Shown piece after piece: positions 10,191 to 20,136 of a stretch of 64,000 bases of DNA; the stretch's first letter is position 1; every line of letters begins with the position of its first letter. The DNA comes from a virus (lineage: Duplodnaviria; Caudoviricetes), in IMG/VR virus record IMGVR_UViG_3300010429_001696, positions 129,755-193,754 of that record. One strand, 5' to 3'. A program made the position numbers and the translations under genes. The notes under the pieces were generated by a model, which saw only the letters and a program-made list of their open reading frames with translations, made no database searches and was not told where the DNA came from.

Positions 10191-10988
10191 TTAATTTTTT
10201 TGATAGACCTTTATTTCTTGAACAACAAGCGGGCTTAATTCACCTTCAAAATATTCTTCAACACTATTGTTTATTATAATTCTCATATCTTCGAACATTC
10301 CATCTAACACTTCCTTTCCAGTTACATATAAAACAAGATAACCATTATAATATATCTTTATGAAATCTTGTTCCCACCAAATATCATAATCTATAAATTC
10401 TTTCGTTACTTCATTAGGCATTCTATGCCAATAAGTGCCATACATTTTATGTTCGCCATCATCTCCTTTATAATGAACGTTTGTTGTTATATGACGATTT
10501 TTTTTATAATCATTTGTATATTCTGTCCAAGCTTCAACCATATCAATTTCTGGTGGCCAGTTCCAACGACCCGTGAACCAAAGAGCTGGCCATAACCATT
10601 CACCACTTGGTAATTTAGCTTTAAAATGAAATATTCCATATTTCCAAGAATTTTTTGTCATCAATAATCCGATAGCATTTGGTATAGTTGTTGATATTGC
10701 TTCAAAATATTTAGGTTTGACAGATGCCGATAAATTCATGCCTTCATATGTTTTAAAAAGTTGATCTTCATCAAACCAGACTTTTGGATCAGATGGATTA
10801 TAAGGCTGCCCCCAATCCATATGCGGAAACCAATTTAAATTATAATCCCCGCTGAAATTTTCATCAAATACTAAATTATAATCACTCGGTATATTCAAAT
10901 CATTACCTCGCTCTGTTATATTAAAACAAAGTCTATATCTGGTTTTCAGTTCCAACCATATTCTAATAAAGTAATCTTTTGGTGTCAT
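10191..10988 (-). CDS. glycoside hydrolase family 16 protein
   Basis: WPALW...WPPEIDMVE catalytic motif, YG.F...AKLP, YYNG. Confidence 0.85.
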   Translation of the reverse strand: MTPKDYFIRIWLELKTRYRLCFNITERGNDLNIPSDYNLVFDENFSGDYNLNWFPHMDWGQPYNPSDPKVWFDEDQLFKTYEGMNLSASVKPKYFEAISTTIPNAIGLLMTKNSWKYGIFHFKAKLPSGEWLWPALWFTGRWNWPPEIDMVEAWTEYTNDYKKNRHITTNVHYKGDDGEHKMYGTYWHRMPNEVTKEFIDYDIWWEQDFIKIYYNGYLVLYVTGKEVLDGMFEDMRIIINNSVEEYFEGELSPLVVQEIKVYQKN

Positions 10989-10997
10989 AGTTTTTTA

Positions 10998-12029
10998 TTA
11001 TTTTTTTATAAATTTTCCATATGTTTTTATTTCTCTAAATACTTTATTATCAACAACTATTATTTTATCTTTCAATATTTCATTTCCATCATTCTTTACA
11101 ACAAATCTTATTTCATATTTATCGCCATTATTATATTCCAATGTTTTATAATATCTAAACTCATGACTTATAACTTGATCAACAATATCATAAAATTTAT
11201 TGTTTCTGTATATAATTATAAACAATTTTCTATTATCAATTTTATTTGAAGAGCTGAACCACACTACAAACTTTTCTTCGTCATTTTCTATTGGTAGAAC
11301 AGTCGCATATTCAATTAGAGAAAATATATTTATTTTACTTCTTCTAAACAGATCTTTTTCATTTATTTGTTGAAGTAATATTTCATTTTTATAGTTCTTT
11401 AAAGAATGATAAACGAAATTTTCTAAACAATTTGTATTTGAGCCAACTTTTTTTATTTCTTCGCTGTATATTTTTTCATTTGATATATAGACAAATTTAT
11501 TTAAAAACCATTCGACATTTGTTATGAAAAATATTGTTTTATAGTGAATGCCCTCTTGCTCGGGAGTGCTCATAAAAAAGGCTTTTTTACCACTTCTATA
11601 CATTTCATCGATTTTAGAATCTATAAGTTGTATGTCTTCGGCCGAAAATATTAGATCAAAATTTGAACATATGGCTGTTTCATAACCCATTGACTTGGCG
11701 GCTATTAGACCATTATAATAATTCAAATAGACCCCCAAAGCGTGATTGAAATTATTGTCATTTTTTGTCAAATTGATTAGAGCGTAATATTCATCGCAAT
11801 CGAACCAACTTTGAGTGAAATAATCGTGTCTTATCAGTGGATTATTTTTATCATAAATCGTATAATTTGCTAAATTTTGTATGTCTTTAGAAACTGGCGT
11901 ATGCGAACACAATATAACTGGTTTATTGTTGTTTTTAAACGATTCTACGGCTTCTTTTGTGATATCCTCTATACTGCTATAATTCGGATGAGATGTCATC
12001 ACAACAACACTATTATTGTTCATAATCAA
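10998..12029 (-). CDS. glycosyltransferase-like protein
   Basis: VILCSHTPV...YDKNNP...NGL..AK.MGY pattern; function inferred. Confidence 0.45.
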   Translation of the reverse strand: MIMNNNSVVVMTSHPNYSSIEDITKEAVESFKNNNKPVILCSHTPVSKDIQNLANYTIYDKNNPLIRHDYFTQSWFDCDEYYALINLTKNDNNFNHALGVYLNYYNGLIAAKSMGYETAICSNFDLIFSAEDIQLIDSKIDEMYRSGKKAFFMSTPEQEGIHYKTIFFITNVEWFLNKFVYISNEKIYSEEIKKVGSNTNCLENFVYHSLKNYKNEILLQQINEKDLFRRSKINIFSLIEYATVLPIENDEEKFVVWFSSSNKIDNRKLFIIIYRNNKFYDIVDQVISHEFRYYKTLEYNNGDKYEIRFVVKNDGNEILKDKIIVVDNKVFREIKTYGKFIKK

Positions 12030-12098
12030 TATATCTTTTTTTGAATATTTTGTTTAAACTATCAATAATTATTAATATATAAAAATAAAAAAAATACT

Positions 12099-12536
12099 AT
12101 GGCTATATACGGTTATGATTATGATTATGATGATGGTGATGACTTCAAAAAGTTTATGAAAAAAATGAGGGAAAAAGAAGCGAAAGAAGAAGAAGATTTA
12201 AAAAAGAAAGATTTAGATGAATTTTTAGGTTTAGAACATCCTGATGAGCCTTCAAAAGAACAACCCAAAAAAGAAAAGAAACCAAAAAAAATATTCAATG
12301 TTGGCGATGTTTTAACGTTGAAAAAAACAAAACAGGGCAAATTACCAGATGAAGCTTATGATTTTTTAATGACTTATGGAAGATTTGATGTAATCGAAGT
12401 GAATGAGAATGGTAATTTATATTTGGGATTTGATAGGAACGGCGAAAAGTTCTTTTTCAATTCAAATCGTTTCGAGTTAAGAGCGCCGAACAAAGAAGAA
12501 GATAATTTCTTTGAAGATGAAATGGATGATTTTTAA
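12099..12536 (+). CDS. acidic hypothetical protein (SH3/KOW-like FNVGD module)
   Basis: ORF track; AATATATA upstream. Confidence 0.6.
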   Translation: MAIYGYDYDYDDGDDFKKFMKKMREKEAKEEEDLKKKDLDEFLGLEHPDEPSKEQPKKEKKPKKIFNVGDVLTLKKTKQGKLPDEAYDFLMTYGRFDVIEVNENGNLYLGFDRNGEKFFFNSNRFELRAPNKEEDNFFEDEMDDF

Positions 12537-12538
12537 AA

Positions 12539-12751
12539 ATGAATCAATTAATCGAACATAACGGGCACTATTATTTGTTGTCAGAAAAAAAAGTGAATGA
12601 AGCGGGTGGATATTATTATAATCCAAAGGGATTTATAATGCCAATTACAGAAAAAAACTTTAGTGTTATAACAAAGAATGGTGGTAAAAAAATAATAGCT
12701 TCTACTGACACTGGGTTGGGTCTTCCGTCAATAAAAAATTTTATAAAATAA
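12539..12751 (+). CDS. hypothetical protein
   Basis: ORF track; KIIASTD..L.LPSI ending. Confidence 0.6.
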   Translation: MNQLIEHNGHYYLLSEKKVNEAGGYYYNPKGFIMPITEKNFSVITKNGGKKIIASTDTGLGLPSIKNFIK

Positions 12752-12805
12752 CATTTTACATTTTTTTAATTTTATATATATGTAGAAAAAATATTGTCTA
12801 TTTAA

Positions 12806-13372
12806 ATGAAATTTATAAAAAAATTTGACAAACTAGATGAATCTTCTGTATATCCTTCCATTGAGGGATACTTTGATCAAATAAAAGATAAATTACCAGA
12901 TGATGCATCGGATTTTTGTTTGAGAATAAAAGAAGAATTGAGCACCGTTCCATATATTAGCTCTCCAACAAACTCTATACCAGGTTTTTACATAGATATT
13001 TATGACGTAATAATTATCGAATATTATGATAACGGGGAAACATTAAAATTTGATATTCAAAGTAGCTTTGCTGATATATCCAATTATATAACTGCTCAAG
13101 CGGAAAAAGATAAATCTCTAGTTGATGAATTAACCGTAGGGCTAGAAAATGAAGAGCAGGATGATCTTTTTGATTACTACATAGAAGAAGTTTTAGATGA
13201 ATTTGTTGAAATAATGAGAACCGCCGTAGATGATTTATGTCTGCATCCAGATTTTCATAGAGTTTTTTATTTAGATGAAGAAGAAGTGGATGAAAATATA
13301 ATTGTCAGAAGATTTAAACAAAAAATAAAAATAGGCGACTTGCCTTGGCATAAAAAGAAAGAGCAAATATGA
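12806..13372 (+). CDS. hypothetical protein with capsid-targeting-like N-terminus
   Basis: MKFIKKFDKLDES. Confidence 0.7.
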   Translation: MKFIKKFDKLDESSVYPSIEGYFDQIKDKLPDDASDFCLRIKEELSTVPYISSPTNSIPGFYIDIYDVIIIEYYDNGETLKFDIQSSFADISNYITAQAEKDKSLVDELTVGLENEEQDDLFDYYIEEVLDEFVEIMRTAVDDLCLHPDFHRVFYLDEEEVDENIIVRRFKQKIKIGDLPWHKKKEQI

Positions 13373-14580
13373 AAGAAATAGCTTTTTTTGATTTAGATGA
13401 TACTTTATGGAGAATAAAGGATGAATATATTTGGATAATAGATAAAGAAAAACCAAATAAACCACTTGTTGAGTTGGACAAAGTTGAATTCACAATGATA
13501 AAAAATAAGATGTATGTCAAGGATGATATTGCACTGAATTACAATGGACAAAAATTTTATATAAGCAAAGATCTTTTTGATATTTTAAAAAAGAAAGCCA
13601 ATACTGAAAATGTTGAAAGATTTGGTATATCCTTTATACCACTGGTTAAAAAAGAAGAATTGGATAAAAAAGAAATTGAGGTCTTTGTAAAAAATATTGA
13701 GCATTTAAGATATAACAAATTTATTGAAATAGGAGTTTTGACAGCGAGATCCAATCAAAAAACTCACGCTGATTTATTGAACAGATTGAGAATCGAACTT
13801 AAAAAAATTGGTATAGAAATAAGTAAGATATTTTTCATGGGCAACGGTCTCCGACTCGGACACGATTATTACAGCAAAGTAAAAGTTTTATTGGAGCACC
13901 TGATAGGATTTAAAATAATTGATGGTAAATTTTCAAATGAAAAACAAGATTGGTATCAAAAAGTTGATTTCTATGACGATGATGCTAATAACATTGATTA
14001 TGCGAATGATATACAAAAATATTTAAATGACGTTTTGAGAAAAACAGAAGACAACTTATTTAGAATAGTTATAAATAAAATAAAAGAGAATAAGTTGATA
14101 CTAGAAACAAATTTGATAACTGGTAATGAAATTAATCGATTCAAGAGAAAAGTTATTGTTTTAGAAGAGCCTTTGAGATTTCCAATGGTGGATAAATTTA
14201 GCTATTTGAAAAAATTTGAACAATTTAATTTTGATGATCTATCTGATGAAGAACTTTTCGGTGAAGATAAAAAATCAAAATTAATAATAGATATAAAAAA
14301 TAAAATTGAGAAATATGGTAATCTTTCGATACGGGATTTTGCAATAGACCCTTGCGTGTATAATGATGAAATAGATGTGTCTGTCATAGAACAATTATAT
14401 CCTGAAACCGTTTGGATTATGGTATATAGCGGATATGATTTTGAGGATGAAATTGATGGATATGAAACGAGTTATGAAAATTTGACGGAAGAAAATTTAA
14501 AAGAAATATTGTATTTGATAGATGAAGCAATAAAAAATGGTTATATAGACTTAGGGATTTTAAAAAATGATAATGAATAA
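13369..14580 (+). CDS. HAD-superfamily protein fused to a DLSDEELFG-tagged module
   Basis: FFDLDDTL (motif I), VLTAR (motif II), FYDD (motif IV); C-terminal ~120 aa paralogous to 14922..15317. Confidence 0.7.
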   Translation: MKEIAFFDLDDTLWRIKDEYIWIIDKEKPNKPLVELDKVEFTMIKNKMYVKDDIALNYNGQKFYISKDLFDILKKKANTENVERFGISFIPLVKKEELDKKEIEVFVKNIEHLRYNKFIEIGVLTARSNQKTHADLLNRLRIELKKIGIEISKIFFMGNGLRLGHDYYSKVKVLLEHLIGFKIIDGKFSNEKQDWYQKVDFYDDDANNIDYANDIQKYLNDVLRKTEDNLFRIVINKIKENKLILETNLITGNEINRFKRKVIVLEEPLRFPMVDKFSYLKKFEQFNFDDLSDEELFGEDKKSKLIIDIKNKIEKYGNLSIRDFAIDPCVYNDEIDVSVIEQLYPETVWIMVYSGYDFEDEIDGYETSYENLTEENLKEILYLIDEAIKNGYIDLGILKNDNE

Positions 14581-14919
14581 ATGATATTTTTAAAACTATA
14601 CGAACAATTTGATTTTGAAGATCTATCAGACGAGGAGATTTTTGGGAAAGAATCGAACAAAGGACCTTATGATGATACCTTGATATTTGGAAAGAATGGA
14701 CCTGAATTTAAAGCCGGCGATAGAGTCGTTTGTTTTTATCATTCAGATTACAATTATAATATTATAAATAAAATTGGAACCGTTGTTGAATATTATACAG
14801 ATGGGTATTATCATATTTGTTTCGATGATGATGTTAATGGTCACATGTTTTCGGTAAATAATATACCAAAAGGGCATGGATGGAATTTGAAATTTAGTAT
14901 ATTGAAAAAAATAAATTAA
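14581..14919 (+). CDS. DLSDEELFG-tagged small protein (SH3/KOW-like cargo)
   Basis: MIFLKLYEQFDFEDLSDEEIFG; paralog of 57983..58327. Confidence 0.75.
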   Translation: MIFLKLYEQFDFEDLSDEEIFGKESNKGPYDDTLIFGKNGPEFKAGDRVVCFYHSDYNYNIINKIGTVVEYYTDGYYHICFDDDVNGHMFSVNNIPKGHGWNLKFSILKKIN

Positions 14920-14921
14920 AT

Positions 14922-15317
14922 ATGAACAATTTGAAAAAATTTGAGCGATTTGATTTTGAGGATTTATCTGATGAGGATCTTTTTGGGAAAGATGAAAAAG
15001 TTAAAAAGGATTCTAAATCAGATTTAATAATCAATATAAAAAATAAAGTTGAAAAATATGGGGGAAGTCTCTCAATGGCTGATTTGGAGGCGGATTCTTC
15101 TCCTGTTTTTATTGAAAGAAGGCGAGAAATCCATCTTATAGAATATTTATATGAGGAATCCGTTGGCGTCGTGCCATATGGTGGCTATAAATATGAAGAT
15201 GTTGGAAATGAATATGACGTTGAATATGAAGAGTTGGATAAAAAAATCTTAAAAGAAATATTAAATTTATTGGATAACGCAATAGAAAGAGGTTATATAG
15301 AAGAAGATGAAATCTAA
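14922..15317 (+). CDS. DLSDEELFG-tagged small acidic protein
   Basis: MNNLKKFERFDFEDLSDEDLFG. Confidence 0.75.
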   Translation: MNNLKKFERFDFEDLSDEDLFGKDEKVKKDSKSDLIINIKNKVEKYGGSLSMADLEADSSPVFIERRREIHLIEYLYEESVGVVPYGGYKYEDVGNEYDVEYEELDKKILKEILNLLDNAIERGYIEEDEI

Positions 15318-15525
15318 AAAAAAAAATAAAATGAAAATGAAAATGAAAAGAATAAACGAGCAAGAAACTCCTGATTTCACAACATATGATGAAAAAGGAT
15401 TAGCCAAGGCCTTCATAAAGTTAGAAGATAAAGTTAAAAAAATGAATGACAAAATTGATCAATTGAGCACTGATATGGCTTTAATGATGAAGATAACAAA
15501 GAAGAAAAATAAATATAAAAAATAA
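15307..15525 (+). CDS. hypothetical protein
   Basis: ORF track; true start probably the later MKRINEQ. Confidence 0.55.
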   Translation: MKSKKKNKMKMKMKRINEQETPDFTTYDEKGLAKAFIKLEDKVKKMNDKIDQLSTDMALMMKITKKKNKYKK

Positions 15526-15535
15526 TAAAAATAGA

Positions 15536-15928
15536 ATGGCACTTAGAAAATATGATGAATTTAAAAATTTCATAGAATTCAATTCATTGGATAAGATTTT
15601 ACAAATCTTGAAAGAATACTTACCAGAAAATCTGAAATATATTAGAATATATCAAGATAGAGTTGGATATCAGCAATATGATTTGCATTTAGACTATTAT
15701 GATGATAGATGGAGAAAAATAAGGCTAGGCACATTACCAATAGATTTTGCTCTTGAAATTAGTGAAAGGGGGGATTTTGAAGTATATGACGATTATATAG
15801 AAGATTGTATATTGAATACGTTAACTGGATTTAATCGTTTAAAAGATGTCAATTGGAAAGATATTACTGGCGAATTTTATGAAAAGATAAGACCAGAAAC
15901 CGAATACTTTTATAAAGTAAAAAATTAA
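15536..15928 (+). CDS. hypothetical protein
   Basis: ORF track; MALRKYDEF start. Confidence 0.65.
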   Translation: MALRKYDEFKNFIEFNSLDKILQILKEYLPENLKYIRIYQDRVGYQQYDLHLDYYDDRWRKIRLGTLPIDFALEISERGDFEVYDDYIEDCILNTLTGFNRLKDVNWKDITGEFYEKIRPETEYFYKVKN

Positions 15929-15973
15929 ACATTCGCTGGTTTTTTCTTTATATAAAAGAAAAATTCAATTTCG

Positions 15974-16222
15974 ATGAAAAAAAGTAGTAGTGGCGACATA
16001 AATTATGAGCTTGAATATCTGCGCTCTGAAAACGAAAAATTAAAAAGACAGTTAGATAAAATAAACACAAAAACATCAAAATCGTTTGAGAATGATATAG
16101 CTCAACTTTTACAAATTTCTATGAAAATGAAAGCGTTGCTCGAAGCATGCAGGGCCCAATCTTTGCCACTAGAACTTGGAAGACAAATTGATAAAGTTAT
16201 AGCCGAGATTGAAAATTATTAA
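15974..16222 (+). CDS. coiled-coil hypothetical protein
   Basis: ORF track. Confidence 0.6.
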   Translation: MKKSSSGDINYELEYLRSENEKLKRQLDKINTKTSKSFENDIAQLLQISMKMKALLEACRAQSLPLELGRQIDKVIAEIENY

Positions 16223-16238
16223 AAAATAAAAATAAAAA

Positions 16239-16598
16239 ATGAGTAAATTGTTTAACGACTTGATGAAAATCTACGATGATAACTCATCAGAAATAAAATC
16301 GAATAAAAAATTATTGGAAAAGAATTTGTCGAAAAAAGACTATTCTGTTGTGGATTCAATTAACACTAGAACAAAATGTTGTGAAGAATTTGATTTAAAA
16401 TTGAAGCACATTTTAAAAGAACATTTTAAAACTGATATAGAAACATCCGTACCAGAACTTGAAAAAGAATATCAAAAACAATGTGAATATAGTAAAGGGG
16501 CTTGGGATATGTATGGTAGTGAATTGGCTGGAGATTTTAATTCAGGTGAAATAAAAGCTTTAAAAAAATTGAATTTATATAAAGGACTTTTAAAATGA
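16239..16598 (+). CDS. hypothetical protein
   Basis: ORF track. Confidence 0.6.
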   Translation: MSKLFNDLMKIYDDNSSEIKSNKKLLEKNLSKKDYSVVDSINTRTKCCEEFDLKLKHILKEHFKTDIETSVPELEKEYQKQCEYSKGAWDMYGSELAGDFNSGEIKALKKLNLYKGLLK

Positions 16599-16954
16599 AA
16601 AAAGTAAAAAAATATAACAAATTATTAAAGGATGGATACTTAATGAAAAGGTATGATGATTATAAGAATCCTGAAAATGATTCAAAGAGAAAACATGATG
16701 ATGAGTTAACGAATGAAGAATTTTCAAAAATTGATTGGACTAAATTTAAAATAGTAGTTCCAACTTTAAAGGACAAAAAGGAGCTAGAGGAAGCGATTCA
16801 TTATTTACATAATCAAAGAATAGATACAGATTATATTGTCGTCAATCAATTAGTTCATAGATATTTAGGATTAGAAGAAGGTTATGAAAATAATATTATT
16901 GTTGATGGAGAATTATTTGATCAGTTACCAGAATACAGAAAAATAACGAACTAA
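16595..16954 (+). CDS. hypothetical protein
   Basis: ORF track; ATGA overlap. Confidence 0.6.
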   Translation: MKKVKKYNKLLKDGYLMKRYDDYKNPENDSKRKHDDELTNEEFSKIDWTKFKIVVPTLKDKKELEEAIHYLHNQRIDTDYIVVNQLVHRYLGLEEGYENNIIVDGELFDQLPEYRKITN

Positions 16955-17009
16955 AAAAATCTTTTAAAATGAAGAATATTGATGAAAAGATAAAAGAAAA
17001 AATGAAATT

Positions 17010-17294
17010 ATGGAAATTATAAAAAATAATAAAAGATATTTTTATAGTATGCCAACATTTAAAGATGTTGATTATTCATATATAGCCGATATTTTATCAG
17101 ATCTTGATATAGAGAGATGTAGAATAAATATAAAGTTTTGTTGGATATTTTCTAAAAACAAAATACTTACAAAGTTGAAACATAAATTTAAAAATAAAGA
17201 AATATCATATGATGGCGTGGATATTTATGATAATACTCACATGTATACTATAAAATTGGTAAAAGATGACGAATTTGAAAAAATAAATTTATAA
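17010..17294 (+). CDS. hypothetical protein
   Basis: ORF track. Confidence 0.55.
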   Translation: MEIIKNNKRYFYSMPTFKDVDYSYIADILSDLDIERCRINIKFCWIFSKNKILTKLKHKFKNKEISYDGVDIYDNTHMYTIKLVKDDEFEKINL

Positions 17295-17298
17295 ATAA

Positions 17299-18261
17299 AT
17301 GGCTAAACTATACTTTAGATACTCAACCATGAACGCTGGTAAATCAATTGATTTGCTGAAAGTTTCGCACAACTACGAAGAAACTGGATTAAAGACCGTT
17401 TGTTTAACGTCGGCAAAAGATAATCGTTATGGCGTTGGTAAAATAACATCTAGAATTGGTATATCAAAAGATGCAATAGCGGTTGATGACGACACAAATA
17501 TTTATGAAATTGTAGATAAAATGGAAGAGATGCCAGCATGTATTTTGGTAGATGAATCACAATTTTTAACCAAGAAACAGGTTTTTGAATTAGCCGATAT
17601 TGTTGATAAATTGGAGATACCTGTTGTTTGCTATGGGCTGAGATCAGATTTTCAAATGGAAGGATTTCCAGCATCTATAACTCTTATGTCAATAGCTGAT
17701 TCAATAGAAGAGCTAAAAACGATTTGTTATGAATGTGGTGAGAAGAAAGCTATTGTTAATGCTCGTTATATGAAAAATGATTTTAAATATAAAAAAGATA
17801 TTGTAGAAAATGGTGATCAAATTATGGTTGGTGGAAATGATAGTTATATGCCGTTATGTAGAAAATGCTTTAAATTTCTTGTCGAAAAAAGTAAAAAATT
17901 AAACTCAAAAGATGAGGAGATTATACCAACTGGCTCATATTGTTATATACCAATAAGTTATGATAATAATAACAATGCTTTAAATATAGAGCTTTGCCCC
18001 TATTATGATTACAGAATATTTAAAGATGGCGAAGGAGAAATTCATTTGCCTTATTGTCATTATTTAGAAGCTGGCTCGATACCAAAAGATGGTAGTTGGG
18101 AAAATAATGAATTTGAAAGATTAAAGAAATTATTAAAAATTGTAGATGATGAGGAGTTGTGGGAGCTGTTTCCAGTTGATCTGCTTTTTGACCAATGTAA
18201 AGAGTGCGGCATAAATGATGAAGATGACGATGATATAGATGAATATGCAAAATTAAATTAA
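17299..18261 (+). CDS. tdk: thymidine kinase (TK1-type) with a Cys-rich C-terminal extension
   Basis: MAKLYFRYSTMNAGKS, ILVDESQF, VCYGLRSDF, ELKTIC, YMPLCRKCF. Confidence 0.95.
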   Translation: MAKLYFRYSTMNAGKSIDLLKVSHNYEETGLKTVCLTSAKDNRYGVGKITSRIGISKDAIAVDDDTNIYEIVDKMEEMPACILVDESQFLTKKQVFELADIVDKLEIPVVCYGLRSDFQMEGFPASITLMSIADSIEELKTICYECGEKKAIVNARYMKNDFKYKKDIVENGDQIMVGGNDSYMPLCRKCFKFLVEKSKKLNSKDEEIIPTGSYCYIPISYDNNNNALNIELCPYYDYRIFKDGEGEIHLPYCHYLEAGSIPKDGSWENNEFERLKKLLKIVDDEELWELFPVDLLFDQCKECGINDEDDDDIDEYAKLN

Positions 18262-18450
18262 GAAAAGATTTGAGAACTAGATATAAATTCATTAAAAAAC
18301 AATTATGGATATCTATATGCTCGATGCATAGAGAATATGAAAAAGATTGTAATCTCTGTAATCACGGACATTGGGAATATTATTATATTGTTCCCGAGAA
18401 TATGGATAATTTGGACAAACAGAAGAATGAAATATAAGTTTATTCAATAA

Positions 18451-18600
18451 ATGAACTACCACTACACTAAAAGATGTGGTGGTTTCTGGAACACGAATGT
18501 TCCTTTTTTTTAAGCGCTTCAAAGCTTGTGCCGGACAAGTCCGGTCTTATTTTTGCTCCACGCTCGTAATCGGCAGTTCCAGCCGATCGGTCTTAAAAAA
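18451..18600 (-). ncRNA. TnpB omegaRNA/reRNA-like scaffold
   Basis: CGGCTGGAACTGCCG...GCGTGGAGC...AATAAGACC...GCTTTGAAGCGC...GAAACCACCACATCTTTTAGTGTAGTGGTAGTTCA resembles tnpB 3'-end RNAs (recalled pattern). Confidence 0.55.
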
Positions 18601-18882
18601 ACCAATAATGTTGTTTGTTGTTTTCGCATTGGCACATCCTGTTTTTCAAGGGGAGGCATAGCGGCATCGTACAAGACGATGTTAAAATTAAGTCATTAAT
18701 GCTTGGTTTTCGCTGACTACTTTTATGATTTTACCTGGATCAAGTTTTTGATCCAGAACCATATATCATCACGTCAAAGAACTTTAAACTATTTCTAGTT
18801 AAATGTATATATTAAATAATTTGAGTCATTTTTTGTCAAATTCATCAACTAAACTAAAGATTTAGTGGTTTTCTTTGACAGG
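18451..18882 (-). mobile_element. non-autonomous IS200/IS605-type element lacking tnpA/tnpB
   Basis: Related subterminal hairpins at both ends (ACCACTAAATCTTTAGTTTAGTTG; ACCACCACATCTTTTAGTGTAGTGGT) ending GTAGTTCAT; GC-rich, no long ORF. Confidence 0.7.
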
Positions 18883-18911
18883 TAATTATAAAAAAATAAA
18901 GAAAAATAGAA

Positions 18912-19964
18912 ATGAATAAAGATTCAAAAATTTTTGTAGCTGGTCATAGTGGTATGGTTGGCTCGGCAATTCTAAGAAAGTTAAAAAAAGAAGGATATGA
19001 AAACATAATAACTCGCACACATGAAGAGCTGGATTTGTCAAATCAAAATGCGACTCTGGAATTTTTTATGAAAAATAGACCTGAATATGTTTTTGTTGCG
19101 GCAGCCAAGGTCGGTGGTATATATGCCAATAACACATATAGAGCAGAGTTCATATATAATAATTTAATCATAGAATGCAATGTTATACATTCAGCTTATT
19201 TGAGCGGTGTTAAGAAAATACTCTATTTAGGTAGTAGCTGCATTTATCCTCGTGAATGTCCTCAACCAATAAAAGAAGAATATTTATTAACTAGCGAGCT
19301 AGAAAAAACAAATGAGCCATATGCTGTTGCGAAAATAGCTGGTATAAAATTATGTGAAAGTTATTATAAACAATATGGTTGTGATTATATTTCTGTGATG
19401 CCAACCAACCTCTTCGGAAATAACGATAATTACAATCTGGAAACATCTCACGTGCTGCCAGCGATGATAAGAAAAATTCATCTAGCAAAACTATATCACA
19501 ACAATGATTGTGAGAATTTAATGAAAGATTTGAAAATGAAAAAGGAAGATGTAGTAGAATTTCTTAACAAACATGGTATATTTGAAGATGGAAAAGACAC
19601 TTATTTAAAATTGTGGGGAAGCGGCTCACCATATAGAGAATTTATGCATGTCGATGACGCGGCCGATGCCTGCCTTTTTGTTATGAATGATGTTAATAGT
19701 AAAGACATATATGATAGTGGAATATCGCAAATAAATATAGGAACTGGCAAAGACCAGACATTAGAGGAAATAGCTTATATTATTAAAGATATTGTTGGTT
19801 ATGAAGGAAAAATAGTATGGGACACAACAAAACCAGATGGAACACCAAAGAAACAACTTGATGTCAGTTTGATTAATTCTTTGGGGTGGAGATATAAGAT
19901 ACCACTGGAAGATGGCATAGAAATGACGTATAAAAATTATTTGGAAACTTACGCTAAAAAATGA
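18912..19964 (+). CDS. fcl: GDP-L-fucose synthase
   Basis: GHSGMVGSA, AAKVGGI, LGSSCIYP, YAVAK, SHVLPA, REFMHVDD, KPDGTPKK. Confidence 0.97.
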   Translation: MNKDSKIFVAGHSGMVGSAILRKLKKEGYENIITRTHEELDLSNQNATLEFFMKNRPEYVFVAAAKVGGIYANNTYRAEFIYNNLIIECNVIHSAYLSGVKKILYLGSSCIYPRECPQPIKEEYLLTSELEKTNEPYAVAKIAGIKLCESYYKQYGCDYISVMPTNLFGNNDNYNLETSHVLPAMIRKIHLAKLYHNNDCENLMKDLKMKKEDVVEFLNKHGIFEDGKDTYLKLWGSGSPYREFMHVDDAADACLFVMNDVNSKDIYDSGISQINIGTGKDQTLEEIAYIIKDIVGYEGKIVWDTTKPDGTPKKQLDVSLINSLGWRYKIPLEDGIEMTYKNYLETYAKK

Positions 19965-20136
19965 AAATTTTTAAGAAAATAAAAAGTTGGCTCAGCCTCC
20001 CAAAGAAATATAAGAAAAAAGAAAATTTGGATGAAACCAATCCGAATATAAATCCTTTTTCTTATAAAGGCACTATGTTTTTTGAGAAACAGAGTAAAAA
20101 ATTAATTAGATGAATAAAAAATTGAAATAAAATATT

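Noticed and set aside
18313-18661. ORFs 18313..18522 (-) and 18476..18661 (+)
   Set aside because: Both overlap the IS-derived hairpins and RNA-like region and have no recognisable protein features.
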